DNA from: Balanoglossus misakiensis
Lineage: Eukaryota > Animalia > Hemichordata
DNA length: 64,000 nucleotides
Direction: 5' to 3'
Assembly: GCA_040954595.2 (NCBI GenBank)
Contig: CM082598.2
Coordinates: forward strand, 6,463,097-6,527,096
Shown: in pieces, positions 26,111 to 40,700 of the stretch
How the letters are laid out: the number at the start of each line of letters is the position of its first letter
Position numbering within the stretch: position 1 is the stretch's first letter
Translations under genes and position numbers: made by a program
The notes under the pieces: model-generated
The model's database searches: none
Told to the model about the DNA's origin: nothing
Seen by the model: only the letters and a program-made list of their open reading frames with translations

Positions 26111-26652
26111 CTGAAATACCTAAATATATAGACACTACGCCATGTTCACAATGAAGACACTTCTGTCGACTCGCCGCACCCCACGAATGCTCAAAATCTA
26201 TGCAATTCTATTCGCCATATGTATTTAATTTCGTATCACCTCGCTCAGAACAACGATCCCAAAATTGCATAACCCGCCTCTCCCTGATTTCGAAATAAAT
26301 CAGTTGGGAGTACACAAGCTTACTCGCTTGTCACAGTGATATGGAAGAGCCACCTCGCTCCAAAAACGGCCGAAAATATTTGCAAGCCTACTCGCTTGCT
26401 TCACGCTCACACCTGTGAAAACATTGAATAAGAGCCTACGCGCTCGTTTCCACACATCTACATCGGAAAGACAACTCACGATACTGGCTCACCAACCAGT
26501 TACATGGTACCGCACAAAAGAAGGTATCATCTTGGTAACAATGATAAAAGCAATGAAATAACTCGAAGGAAAGCACAAGGCGTCCGCACAAATCTAATCA
26601 ACGAAACTGATGCGGATGTCCAGGTGCGGAATGTTGCTGGATAACACCTGTA

Positions 26653-29600
26653 TAGTCAAGTAGAACCACAACATAACCGTGAAGTACGGTACAAATGCAA
26701 TTTTTTTGCTGAAAATGATAGTTGGAGGGATACTGATAAGGAATCAGGTTGATGCCACTTTGGCACCCTTGAGCATTTTTTTAATTAACGTTTTAAGCCA
26801 CGCCCACTTTTAATGCATATAATTACCAAAGACACATGCATTGCAGTAACGTACATGCCATATTAGGTGTCAAACTGAAGCTTATGTCATGTAAAAAGCA
26901 AAATTAAACATATTAAATGGTATTTTAAAACCCTAGATGGACAATTTCAAGGTCAAATGTTAAAATTGACCACGCCCATTTGACCTTGATATTATGAGAG
27001 AAGATAATTATACCATGTTTGGTATCAAACTGAAGCTAATGTCACGTATGAAGCAAATATAAGCATGATAACGAGCATAACATTTTTTCAAAATCCCAGA
27101 TAGTCAATTTCAAGGTCAAACGTTAAAAATATTTGGAGATTTTATGATGTATGAAAAGTCCATTTATGGAAAAATTGGTGTTGATTCCAGAAAAAAGCAG
27201 TCTTATTAATCTCAATAAAGATGGAAATACTTTTTGTCCAAAAAGGGTCATTTTTAGAAAATACTAAAACATGCCATTTTCTTTTAAACTAAAGACAAAT
27301 TGTTTTCTTCATATTTAGAGATCTAATTATGTAAGAAAAGTTCATTTTATATAAAAATTTGGTGACTATTCCAAAAACGGTTGATCCCACTCTAGTCAAA
27401 ATTGCCTTTATGGCCATTTATTGCCTAAATAGACCGACTGAAGACAAATTTATCATTTTAAACATTTTCTAGAGAAAAGAATGTTTGCATTTGGAGTTAG
27501 CCCAAATTGAACTCATATTGATGATGAACCAGCGTCAAGAGGAAAAGAAGTAACAAATCTAGTTCAGGGGCAGTTTTAGCCGTGCTCTATTGAGTATTTA
27601 GCATCGTTGGATTGCACTTCTGTCCAATCAGAATGACGGAGGTATCATGATATAATATAATTTCTGTTTTTGTATTTAGATTGAAAAGGATAAATGTCAA
27701 CAATTTCTCCGGAGCTGGTATATCTCTACATAAACATTTCATACCATGTATAATTGACTTATAGTAGATAGTGTGTATGCATGGATGGTCGCGTTTATTG
27801 TTGAGTTCCATTTTAGGTTAATGACAAATTGTGGCAACTCTGTCTTTCAATATCATCAATTCAACTGATATCATACGGTTATGACGTTTTAAATAAGCAA
27901 ATACAACATCAGAACTCAAAAGGCAAAACATATATTTGATTTTGTTTTCTGAAAAAGACAATTGTTGACCAAAAGACGGCAATTTTGTATTTAGTGGCGT
28001 GTCTCAATAAGACTTGTGTTGGTATCAGCATATTTTTTGCAAAAAATGGACTTTCCATTCATCATTAAACATTTAAATACGAAGAAAACAGTTTGTTTTC
28101 ATTTGTTCTTGAAATAGCACTTTTTGACAAAAAAAAGACAAAATGACAATTTTGTAAGATGAAAAGAATGGTTTTGGAATCGACTCCCTTTCAACAAAAA
28201 TGGACTTTCCATACTTCATAAGATCTCTGAATATGAAAAAATAAGTTTTTTTTTATTTTTTCTAACAGTTACCTTTTAAGCAAAGTGAACAAAATAAGAA
28301 TAAAGTGAACAGTAAGAGTGCTTTTTGGAAAAGTCACTACTTCATACATCATCAAATCCAATTATAGAGAAAAAAAGTTTGTTTTTAATTGTTTTCTAAA
28401 AATGACCTTTTTCGGCAAAAAGCAGCAAAAATGGCAATGTTATCTTGAGTGGGGTCAATAAGACTGACTTTTTTGGAATCAGCACCATTTGTTACATAGA
28501 ATGGACTTCTCAAACCTTCCTTACCAACAATTCATATTAAAGGCACCTATCTCCTAGGTAACTTGTCATCATAGTTACTAGTTGGTAAGGGCACTTGGAA
28601 GTATGATGTAATGATGATGTAATTGATTACCATATCATTTTTGTAATAACTTTCTGTTGATACCAAACACATCACAGTTTTCTTCAGTACAATTGCACAG
28701 AGACGTGTTTTTCAAAACCTCACATTTATAGGTAAACAGAACACCATTTTCATAAGGGTATTTTGACTTATGACGTCACTATGATGTCATGATTTGTCAT
28801 ATCACTTTTATATTGTAATTAATGGAAAGCTTGTTTATTAAGATGGGTCCCTGGAATCTTTTTGCTCGTTGCTATGGGCCTTTATAGGACATTACACCCC
28901 GATTTGGACTAAGCCGTTTTCAGAGTCTAACAAGGGGCTGGTAACTAGTTAAAAATCTGCACGATTGTAAGCGCGCCCCCTGACGCCATTGATATGCAAA
29001 TTAGCTAGGTCAAATTTCAAAAAGCCTAAGGCTTTTTATTCCGTGACCTCAAAAACGAACTTGATACGTATTCATTAGTTGCTTGAACCAGGGAAGATCG
29101 TGACGGATTTTGTTTTCGAATATTATCGTTGTATCCTACGATTTCAGCATACCCGTACCACACCTGAAAAAGTCATCGATTTTGGGTGTTTTTGGACGCA
29201 CTCTTCCACCGGTATCGGTTCTTAGCACGACGAAAACCGAAAAAACGATCCGTCACACTGTGCGGAAGTGCGTTCTCAACAAGCAGGTCAAATTGACTGC
29301 GTACGTGGCCTATGAAAAAAGCCTTAGGGATTTTCGTGAACGGTACAAAATCTCTGTGTACAAAACATTGGATTTTTAGCGTTCGATCCAGTTACTGTGG
29401 TTACAGGACGCGCACGCTATCGCTGACCACTGCTTTGCCGTATTAGCGTGGCGGCCTATGGCCGGGCGGTAGCTGCCGTAAACATACTCGGACAGGGGGT
29501 GTGCACACAATTGTGCAGATTTTCAACTAGTTACCAGCCCCTTGTTAGACTCTGAAAACGGCTTAGTCCAAATCGGGGTGTAATGTCCTATAAAGGCCCA

Positions 29601-30405
29601 TAGCAACGAGCAAAAAGATCCCAGGGACCCATCTTAAGCTTTCTTTTGATATCAAATCCATCCCAGTTGTTTTAGGTATACGTTCAGAGAGACAGTCTTT
29701 TACAAGACTAATATATCCCCCTTACGTCAATTCATATGCACTTTAGGGTTTTCTACATAAGTTACCCAATATAATTTGGAAGCCAATAACTCGAAAACGC
29801 CCCGGTGCCCAGTTTTGGATACAAATTAGCGATTCTAAAGTGAGTGCAAAGCCAAAGAAGCATAATAATCTCTTTGACCTTTTGTGATCTATGGCCAAGG
29901 AAATAACATCGCTATAAAATGAAAGCTGCCCCCCCCAACCCGGCAAGATATGGCCCTTATTACCATGGCAATTAAATTTTGGTGTTAAAACATTTCATGT
30001 GCTCTTTTTAATACTCATTTTTGTTTTCTCCATCGTGTGTGCTTCATTTTGATAACAAACATGATATGTTTTTCTTCTTTAATTATGTTTCAGTTTAGGG
30101 GCGTGGCCAGTTTAATGTTAATATGCCCTTATATGACCTTGACATTGACCGTATAACCTTATAATGTTCATATTTACTTTTCACATGTCATTAGCTTTAG
30201 TTTGATACCAAACAAGACATTATTTATATGAATTGCATTTTTGGCTTTGTAATTATAAGATTTAAAATGTGGGCGTGGCTTAAAACGTTAATTAAAAAAA
30301 ATGCTCAAGGGTGCCAAGGTGGCATCAACCTGATTCCGAGTCAGTACCCCCTCAACTATCATTTTCTGCAAAAAAATCGCATTTGTACCGTACTTCACGG
30401 TTATG
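26653..30405. mobile_element. Non-autonomous DNA transposon with long imperfect TIRs (Academ-like, tentative)
   Basis: CATAACCGTGAAGTACGGTACAAATGC...TGATGCCACTTTGGCACCCTTGAGCATTTTTTT...AAGCCACGCCCAC (26672 onward) is the reverse complement of 30270-30405. Weaker inverted similarity extends ~300 bp inward. The left end begins TAGT. No transposase seen. Confidence 0.7.
28842..29633. mobile_element. TTAA-flanked MITE (Kolobok-like), nested
   Basis: TTAA|GATGGGTCCCTGG...~125-bp near-perfect TIRs...CCAGGGACCCATC|TTAA. Confidence 0.9.
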
Positions 30406-33149
30406 CCAGTACTCCAAACAACCCAAAATACGTGCACAGCGTGGGAACACAGAGCAAGCAGTGACATTAAATGAACTGTATTGGCTACATGCAGTGTGCT
30501 GAGAGTTTTACAGAGTTTATTACCATGCAATTATCCCAAAATAGTTTCAATCGTGTTTTTATCTTTACCTCATTTTGACCAGTTAATTCTCCTGGTAATC
30601 CCGAAGCGTCTTGCTGGCTTTGTCCCCCACCCCTCCGTCTATCGGTTCTCGATGCATGTTATACAACAGGTGCGGAGTGCTGTGGAACTGGCCGAGTGGA
30701 ATCTAACGGACCGGGAGTAGCCGCACTTGCAGGTAATACTGGTCGGTGTGCTATTATATGGCAGCCCATCGCTGCCACTGTTAAAATGCATAAATATATC
30801 TATAGTTTGTGTGTTTTTGTTTGCTTTTTTTGTTTGTTTGTGTGTTTTTGTTTGAAAATGAAAAGAAATTCAAAAAAAGTAAAAGAAGAAAAAAAAAAGT
30901 GAAATGAAATGAAATGCAATTCGTTTCAGTCATGGACTACAGCTGCCATAGTTAACCGGCATGCATTACGGCCACCATAGACATAACACGCAATGGCAGT
31001 GGCAGGTCCAGGCCTACGTATCGCAAAGATTTTTTTTCCAAATGAAAATTTTTCCACCCATGGACTACAGCTGCCGTAGTCCATGGACGAAAGCTGCCGT
31101 TAGCCTTCAGCTGCCACAGTAACACGTGACGACGCTTTGTACAACAACATGTATTTCGCGTCGTGCTTCGGTTTTAAATAGATCGGACAAAAAAATTGTT
31201 GCGTATACGGCACGCATGGGCGTTGTACATGTATACCGCTTCACGGGGCATAAATTCTCAGTACAGGGTTTTGCTGCCAATACCACTCCTTGCCGCCGAG
31301 AAAGTACGTCGTCAATCTCGAAGTTTTGAAAGGAAACCATAGCATATTTGATATCAAAAGGTAGGATATTTATTATTAGGATATTCATACATAATTTCAT
31401 CGCGTTCACGCGGTGTTACATGTTCCGGACGCAAGCTTTTAGGCGGGGACGCGGCCGGTCCCATTTAAAGGGTCAGTGTGTGCCCATACCCACAACACGT
31501 AAAATCACTCTTTATGTGACGAAGTTGAGGTTTGTTGCTGTCTAGAATCTCATATCACCCAGTATGGTTTGATAATTTTCTAGCAAAATTGCCAGGTGGG
31601 CGTGTACCCCAAAAGCCAGTCCAGTGGACTTTTTTCGCCTTCCCAGACTTCAGGGGACAGTTTAAACACGATTGGAACTATTTTGCGATAATTGCATACC
31701 GCTAAAATGTGTACAAACAATAAATATCGAGACCAGCCGACGACCGAGGTGGTCACCCAACGAGTATACCACATGCGTGCAAATGAGATCGTCAACGGAG
31801 AGGTCGTGCCTGACCAAGGGAGAGCGAGACCATGTCCAGCAGGAGCGAGAGCAGACCCGATTGAAGGTGCCCCAGGAAAACCAGCAGAGGTGAACTTGAA
31901 GACTGCAAAAAGAAAATTAGACTTTGACAGTACAGTTTAGTCAACTTTGAAGACAGTACAGAAACAATCTTTTGTGCCTTTTGGGGCATTTTCTGAGGGG
32001 GCTACGCAATATGTGTAATTGTGGTATACACCCTGATTGATGAAAGGATTGATAATTTTACGCAATGAATGCAATTTACCGTATGTTTATCTATTATAGG
32101 GCCATTCTATGATTTTGTACAACAATTCATTCGTGTGTTTTGACAGGGGAAGTATTGTGTTCGGGATTTCTTTTAGCAAAGGGGTAGGGTGACAAGCAGT
32201 AATTGGTCATATTGTCAGATACTCACGTTTTGTCAGATACTCGCCGTACACAAGTGCTGACATAACATGAATTATACTGTGTTCAAAAACACTCTGCCAA
32301 TTTCTAACCAATAACTGCATATTTGCATATTTAATGAAATAGTAAAACAACTATGTTTAACTCATTAATTGTCCCTCTTGCATACTGCTTGAATGTTCTG
32401 GATAGAGATCTGACTAGATTATGAGACAGTTAGCAGCATCATATTAATTAACTGCTAATTTTCATACTTAATAAACCATTAATTATCTTTTTAAATCAGG
32501 AGCCAAATTTTAAGAACCTCAGAAGAGGTACCTTTTTCACACTTATGGTATAAAACTTTATTTAGAGACACTGCAGACAGTGCACAGTCATCAATACACA
32601 TCAATTTTGCATACTTCATTATTCTGTTCAAGTAGAGATGAGATTAGTCGGAATTATGAACGGGATTAGCAGTCGAAATAACTCACAGGTAGCAATCGAA
32701 AGTAATTGTTTAAAAGTTTACATAAAATAAGAATAAAGGCAAATGGTAAATGAATTTTCCGCTGAGGAATGGTAGGAGGAATAGCATTTGCTACAGTTCG
32801 GTCCTTAAACACTAATATGTTTAATAATACCGTTTAATTTGTTGAATAGTATCGTTTGTGACTTTGATGATCAGACAACAAGCGTACCTGAAACAGAGAT
32901 CTCCATATCCGTAGCACTACCACACGTTTGGAAGCAGCCCAGTCAACCAGGTATACCCAATCATAAGCAGTCAACCTACTGCAAATTGGAGTACGCGTGC
33001 TTATGGTGTGGTCAAATTCAAAGAAAGCACTTATGGCCTTGTTCCACGAACACTATTGCCAAAAAAACAGAAATCGTGATAACTTCGGCCATCTGCCATA
33101 GCTTGAAATATTTTCCTTCTACTTGATACCTCATCTTCAAGAATTCCGG

Positions 33150-33861
33150 TGTAAGTGCTGATTGTTGTGTTTCTATTGGCGGCTGACATTTTGTATGCCA
33201 CCGGCTATGCAAATAAGGTTTATGTAAGAAGCGGTGAAAATATTGTCCGCTCTCGCTTAGTCCAAAGTGGTGCTGTACGGACGCGGGTTTCAGCGCCGTA
33301 CACGTACATGGTTAAAGTTTGTCTTTTTCGTTAAGTCAACGTCAGCAGCTTCGGTATCACCCCAAAGGCGTCACTATCTGAGGTAAGCGAGTCAAGTTTT
33401 GACAATTAATTTCGCATGCCGTTTTTGAACGCAATTTTTGTGGAACTTCAAGCAAGCAGTTTCATCGTGAATTCCCGACGCGAAATCTACAAATTTGAAT
33501 GTCGTTACTTCGGCGGCCACGTCACGCGTGTGAAGTTTCTTGGGCGTGGCAGTCACGTGTATTCCGTCGAACTTTCGAATTTTTCAGAACTGTATTGAAT
33601 TTACTTTCGTGTATTTTGACAATGCATAAATGTGTTTTCAATGAGTTTCGTATTTTCTCCTTTTTTCCCATTTCATTTAGAACCGTAATTTGCGGTATGT
33701 ATTTAACAACGCAATATTATGTAATCACTCGGGAAGCAGTTTGTATCAAAGAACACCGAACTTTATTCATGGTTGTGGATTAGGTACAAGTACCACAGAC
33801 TGTCTCAAATGTTTTAAGTTTGGAGTGATATTGAGTCCGTGTAGGGCCAAGAGATCCTACA
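33150..33861. mobile_element. Solo LTR (712 bp)
   Basis: TGTAAG...CCTACA termini flanked by 5-bp TSD TCCGG (33145-33149, 33862-33866). The empty site is visible in the paralog at ~53765. Confidence 0.85.
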
Positions 33862-33886
33862 TCCGGTATGATGCTGTTTCCTCTAA

Positions 33887-35748
33887 AGCTCAACTGAAAA
33901 GTAAACAAAAACTGGCTGAAAAGTGATTTTCACTTAATAATTAATGCACTAAAAGACACGAGCAAAACAATTGTGACAAAAAATATGTAAGTGTGTATTT
34001 TTGGCAAAAACGATTATTTTCCGAAGTTCCGATCATTTTCCCGCGAAAACTAAGTATGACGTCAATTCAAGAACCGCCCTGTCGTTGTCCTATCTGTCGT
34101 ACATGAAAGACAATGCCAGTCGACTGGCTCGAGCACCTATCGAAAAATGACTCCGACATTGTGTATTCGTCCTCCGAAGATGAATAAAAGATAGAAAGTA
34201 CAGGAGAAGAAGATATATATGACAGCTGTTGTAGTTGTACACTGAATACGTCGTCTATTGCGAACTGTATCTTTCAAGTTTCAGCCGTTGCATAATCCTT
34301 GCCACTTGATCGCCCCACAAAACACGGCCGGTTTCAATATTACATTACCGGAGCCTGTTATGGATCTGGCCCCGCATTACACTTAACTCGACCCGTCTGT
34401 TGGTTTGTTTCTGCAATAACCCAATTAACCTGTTTAATAAACCAGCCATAATTTATCCTAACCCGAATGTTTTGTGTGATAGCTGCCAAAGCCAGACACT
34501 TTCGCTATACTAGCATGTATGGCAAGGCAAGCTGTAGCTAGCTGGTTTAGAGACGATTGCAGTCTAGTCGATTGTTTGAATTTCGACATGCCGTCGTGCC
34601 GACCCGACGTGCCACACCAATCTGTGTAACTAATTCATTATTAATCAAAAGATTTAACCGTATTTTGGGGGGAGTGGGGTACAAAACGACAGGACTTTCG
34701 CGAATACTAACGGGGAAACGATTCAATGAATCTATGTTCATTAGTGCTTGTACGATGCGCCGGGCCGTGTTTGTTTACAAGCTGGTGACACGGATTGACA
34801 CCAAGATGTTTCCGTCGTGCAGTCTCACTTTACAGTGACATAAAGTTGATATACGGGACAGATTTCAATTGCTTGTAAGAGCGAAATTGATTTTGTTTTT
34901 CTGCGTGGAGAGCTTAGACCTACGCGATTTTTGACAGACAGTATGGTGCATATCGTGTGACCCCTTTCAGCGCGGGGCCAGTCGGGTGTGTTGTCGGGTA
35001 GGTCGCAACCATCAGATCCGTTGACGTTCATAATTTTGTTGTGATGCAACACTCGCCTGAGAGAAAACGTTGACCCCTGTCTCATATTTGTTGACAGAAA
35101 ACCTTGTGAAATTGTTTAAAGCTTGGTCTGTTTTTATTTCTTTCTTCAACATTTGTCGACTCATAAATGCCAAAGAATTCATTGAGAACAGAAACCATGA
35201 ATAAATAGGCTACGATGTTATTTTGTGTCACATATAGTCCGTAATCACGAGCGGGATCACGGCATGACACTCGTACTTTGTCTCCGATATGCCACCAAAA
35301 TGATCTAGCGAATCACTAGCTTTATTAATAATCCTATAAATTCGGGCTTACCTTTGTGTATTAGGAGATCCTTGAACGTAAAAACATTCGCCGCGCTAGT
35401 GAAGTGTTTGTAGCAAGGTGTAACAAAATGTGCTTGTTGCCGCGCCGCGCCTGCAACTTGTAAAATTACACGTAATCTATTCACAAAGTTGAGAGAGAGA
35501 GAGAGTATGAGCACGCAAAAGCATTGGCTTCTATGGCATGAAGGCAAGGAAGGTGCTCAGCGTCCTTGAATTGACGTCATTGCCGGAGATTCCCGAAGAT
35601 GTGTTTCTATTTTACGCAGGGCGTTGCTAGGGCATTTATTGGGAACTGGGGTGTGTTTCTGAAAACTTCCTAGGCAAATATTTTTATGACAATATTACCC
35701 GTCAGAATAAACTATCCATAAAAAATCGTTTTACTTTTCAGTTGAGCT
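33887..35748. mobile_element. Non-autonomous DNA transposon, Kolobok-like
   Basis: CTAA|AGCTCAACTGAAAAGTAAA...TTTACTTTTCAGTTGAGCT|TTAA. It is absent from the paralogous site at ~53785. Confidence 0.8.
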
Positions 35749-36548
35749 TTAATCTGATAATTGTGACTTTGTGAAATCTGCGGTATTCGTCGTCGTTTTG
35801 TTGCTGGGATCAGCTACTCGGACAATCTATTCTGAATAAAAATGTAGGATTCCCATCGATTGTATTAATTGTCAACTGTTAATATCTTCGTTTACGACTA
35901 CTTGGGCTTCTGTTGACTGGCGATTGAATTTCCTCATGAAACGTGTGATGATATCATGATTTCTCATGGGAAGCAGTTGGTGGACGCATAAAGACTTCTT
36001 CAGGTAAAGATGAGAATATTTGACACCTGCCTTTCGGCTCGTGTGTAAGAGAACAAACGACGACTTCACTGTTTGGTTTACGGCTAAATGAAAAACGTTA
36101 TAGAGATATATATTTTCACCCAGAGAACAGAGAGAGGTGTTAAGACTACATTACACATGTGACTCGCCTATGGCACATCAAGTTAAACATTGATCGCAAT
36201 GATATACTATACTGGATAGTTACTTTTTGAAACTAGGCACACGTGTTTAACAAAGCTTCATCAATACGATCGGATGAAAGATCATGGAAATCATTGGAAA
36301 CAGTGTCTGTTACCCTACCCTCAATATTCTTTGTACTTTCCAGTAATGAATGTTTTTTACGTTCTTGTTAATATGATGCACCATCTAATTAAATCGCGAG
36401 ACAAAGCACTAACCGTTTTGCAATGAAGTTACTAATATCTAAAGTTGGATGAAATCAGTCGCTTTGGACATTTCTAGTGACGTGTAGGATGGAACGAGTG
36501 TGTCTCATCAATTGTCACCAGATCAAGGACTTCAACCAATGCGTCAAA

Positions 36549-37753
36549 TTATATGTTATTGCAGAGGCACAGAGTCGAGTTGTAGTTGGACTTCGGTGAT
36601 ACCTAATAAATGGAAGATAGAAAGGGTCTATTTAAATATTTACTGAAATAAATGGAATACGTGAATTTATTATACATCTGGCACCGAGAACAATAGGCAC
36701 TAAAAAAGCCGTACGGAACGTGAATTTATCATACATGCAACGCCTGTATTTGGCACTTTCCATTGTTCTCGCCCCGAAGATATTTTACGGTATTACACTG
36801 AGTGTAATATATCTTCACTCCGCGTCTCGAACTATTTTTGAGAACGCGTTGAAATCATCACAGAGCGTTGACTGTTGTGATCGGCGCGACAGTTCTCTGC
36901 GCGTGCGAGCGACATACGGGGCATAGGACGCTAGTGGAGAGGGGTGTTGTAAAATTTGGTTATTAGAAACTGTAATTACAACAGTTATGAACGTTTCGGC
37001 AGGGGCAGCGCATTTATACACGTCCAAGTACTGGGCCTCAAAGCAGGGCAAACCGATCAGAAATGCCAAGCGATGCCATACCTTGCATCCAACGTTTTCC
37101 CAACCACTCTCGATGAAAGTACTGCACTTATGCTGGGTGGTTGTCACGCTGATGTCAACACCACAAGCTGTAAAATTTAAAATGAACGTATACATGATTA
37201 AACATAACTGTTCAGATTAGCCTTGTGGAAACGAGGTTTACAAGCGAGAGGCAATGTCTGTGTTCCATGCATACAGGCAACCCCCGACCCTATGTCAACC
37301 GATATCCCTCGGTATACAATAGACTATACAAAATTGACACAAAATCTTTCCATATACATGTACAATGACAAAGCGAAACGTCTTCGTGAAACAGACCGTC
37401 AACTATTCTTGTCTTTCTCTGTCACTTACCATTAAGATCCAGGATAACATAGTAAGAACCTGTTCGAGATATCTTATTTTCCGGCAAAAATATGAAGGCG
37501 GAACGGCCGTCGAATACCAATTCATTGATCAACTGGAAACCACCATGTTTGTTAGGATTGTCAGGTCTTTCCGATGACACATAAGCTATAGCTTTCTCAG
37601 AGATAGGTTCTGATGCTTCTAACGTGATCTGGAGAGCGTTGTGCGTCAGCAATGCCTGCAAGTCGATGTTTTTATAATGTTCATAAGGCAATCAATCAAT
37701 CAATCAGTCAATCAGTCAGTCAGTCAATGAATGAATGAATGAATGAATGAATG

Positions 37754-37790
<37 letters not shown>

Positions 37791-40700
37791 ATCAATCAAT
37801 CAATCAATCAATCAATCTTTTCAGAATATTCATTCATCAATAGACCAATCATCAAATAACGATACCCTCCATGCAACTTTTAAACTACTTGAAAGTATGA
37901 AAATAGCGTCAAGGACACTGTGGTCCCATTTGATGATTACGCAAAAAGTGGCAAAAATACAAATATGCAAATATCACCAAAATTGTACAATATCAGTTTT
38001 GACCAATGGCAATGGCGAAATGGCACCTTCATTTGAACAAACTCCCATCTACAGCCTGGCCTTCATCTACACACCAAATATCGAGGTTGTACGCGCAGCG
38101 GTTTTCAAGTTTTTGATGTGGACGGACATACAAACATATATACATCCATCCATACATACATACATACATACATACATCCATACATACAGACGCAACCGAT
38201 CCCATAAGGTCCCATGGTATAAACCAATGGAACCTAAAAACGTGAAATTGCAAACACCAGTAGCATAATTTTGATGTTAATTGAGCCTTTATATTACCGT
38301 TACTTCAAACTCATAACGTGTAACTCTTTCGGCTTCAATGTTCTTTCCTATTACAATAAATTCGTTGAATGGGGTTTGGTAATTTCCAAGCCATATACCA
38401 ATATCCTTTGTGGTTTCTTTCGCTGAAAAGAAAACATACCCCCATTGTCATTATAAAGTAAAATCCAAACCCTTTATAACATCTGGGAAAGTTTATTATA
38501 AAGTCGAAAATGTCATGGAATTTACCTAGTTGTAAAAGTCTAAATCAAGATATTGGAATTATTGTTGATATTATTATCTAATCCGAATATTATTTTTTAA
38601 ATGAATTATTGGTAAACTGACTTTCACATAGTCTTCCTCTGGAATTGTAATAAGGCCATTTTTTTCATTTACGTGTTTACTTTCAACCGGTTTCTGACAC
38701 AATGCACTTATCTTGACTACGATAATTCATTTTGTACAAGCTATATAGTTACGATGAGCACAGATATCGTTCACATATCCATTTCAATAAAAATGTTGTA
38801 ATTATAAATTTTTCCTCGATCTTAGATGTCTCAAATCGGTAACCGCTTACTAAAAATAAAACGGAGATATTGATCAAATAACGAAGATTGATATATGTAT
38901 GAAGAGCTATACAGTAATAATTTCTAATTCTATTCCGTCCTACCCGTCATCTCGACACCGTTTTCATCTTTGAATACCAGCGTCAATATATCTGTAGTAA
39001 AGCTGTATTTTTTTGTGTTCAGTTCATGTGGATTAACACCTAAACGGAATATCTGGGGAAAATTAAGAGACAAAATGCATTAACGTTCCACTCACAGCAG
39101 AAGATTGAATTAACAAACAGTATAGCACTACTACTACTACCTTGTGACCATGTGACCAACAAAAGAAGAAGGCTATGTATTGAAAACAAACCATTCTGCT
39201 CCAAACAGCATCCGGCGACACGTTTGTAAACACGTCATCTATTGGCGGAAGCTCGAATCCACTTCCATCTCCTACCATTATGATAAGGTTAAATAATTCC
39301 TTGGCAGAGTTTTTTTCCATGTTTAGAACGAGTGAAGATGTGTTTAGCACTACGTTTACATTGTCATTCTCTGCCATGCGGAGAACAAACATTGACAGAT
39401 GGTCGACTATCTCCGTTACTTTCTTCGTGAAGTCGTACGATTGGTTTAGAGTCAACTTTTGACTCGGATCGACGTCTATCAGGGACTGTATTGTGTCAAG
39501 GACATCTTGAATGATATTCAGTATCTCTGAAAAGGTTTGGAGGGAACTTTAAGCGTCAGTTTGAATTTTAGAATTTACCAAAAATGCATAAATCTCACGT
39601 CCGTTTGTAGGTATGTACTGTGATCTGTCCTAGTCTGTGCTCCTGTTTCTTGATTTGGGAATATAATTCCTAAATCTCCATAATCCATGTGTTTGAAACC
39701 TACCCTTCACACTCGTGCCTTGGTTTTCATGCGATTTTATGTTTTCACTTTGTGATAAATTAACTTCATCATACCCTTTGGATTCGACAATTCAGTAAGG
39801 CTGAGAGAAAGTATCAAAGCTTAAATCCACTCAAACCTTGCGAAAGGAAAATGCTATCTTCAAAAACTGTGTTTTTTCTGAAAAGTCCCGATGTGAAACT
39901 GAACAGATCGTCGATCACTGCAAGATTCTGTCAAGAGAAAATATCACAGTAATTGTGTAAAGTAGTAAAATATTCATACATTTCAGTTATTATTATAATA
40001 ACAAATTCATCGATGGCACCACATGTTCTTCCTTCGTGAAACCTTCTTAGATGGCCGCTCATTTGTCCTTGATTATTACAAAGACTTCACGCCATCTTCT
40101 CACAGTTTGTCGGCAAAGAAACTAAACTACACAGCGCGCAAAATTGGGATCATACAATATAATTCATGTTGCACCCATTCTAACATGTTTCACATAATCG
40201 AGGTTTCGATATTGCTCTTTATCTTTTTCTAAGCTGTAGTGGACGACGATAGCTTTTTTGGTTCAAAGTGTAATATGCAACCACTGTGTAATTTCGAAAT
40301 GTGTGTTTCCTTACGAGAGTTGTCGTCTGCTTTCCAGTGCCATTTATTGCGGCCAAACGTGGCGACAGATAAAAATAGTCGTCATTATCTAAAATGAAAA
40401 CGAGACAAGAATTTACCGTAGTTGCTCGGGTAAGAGCCCCGGGTGCTGCGCCCCCAAATTAACGGGAAAAAACAGGGGGTGGGGGGTGGGCGTTTGCCAG
40501 GACACCACCTCGAGTTTTATGCAAATGAGGGACTTAGGGACACCAGGAAGGGGTGAATAACGACGCAAATATCATGGCAAAACATTTCACGGCCAAAAAA
40601 CGTATCTTTAAATAAATGTTTTTTCCATAAATCGAATACAGAAAACATATTACAGTCGCCGCCTTTTCATCGGGACACCATGGGCGCAGACAAAACATCC

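Larger units (their letters stand above)
33035..36135 (-). pseudogene. Relic duplicate of the upstream region and signal-peptide exon of the lectin-GAIN gene
   Basis: 33035-33149 and 35751-36135 align to 53654-54170. The exon reads MAEVITISVFLAIVFVEQG with the donor changed from GT to AT. It is interrupted by two insertions. Confidence 0.8.
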
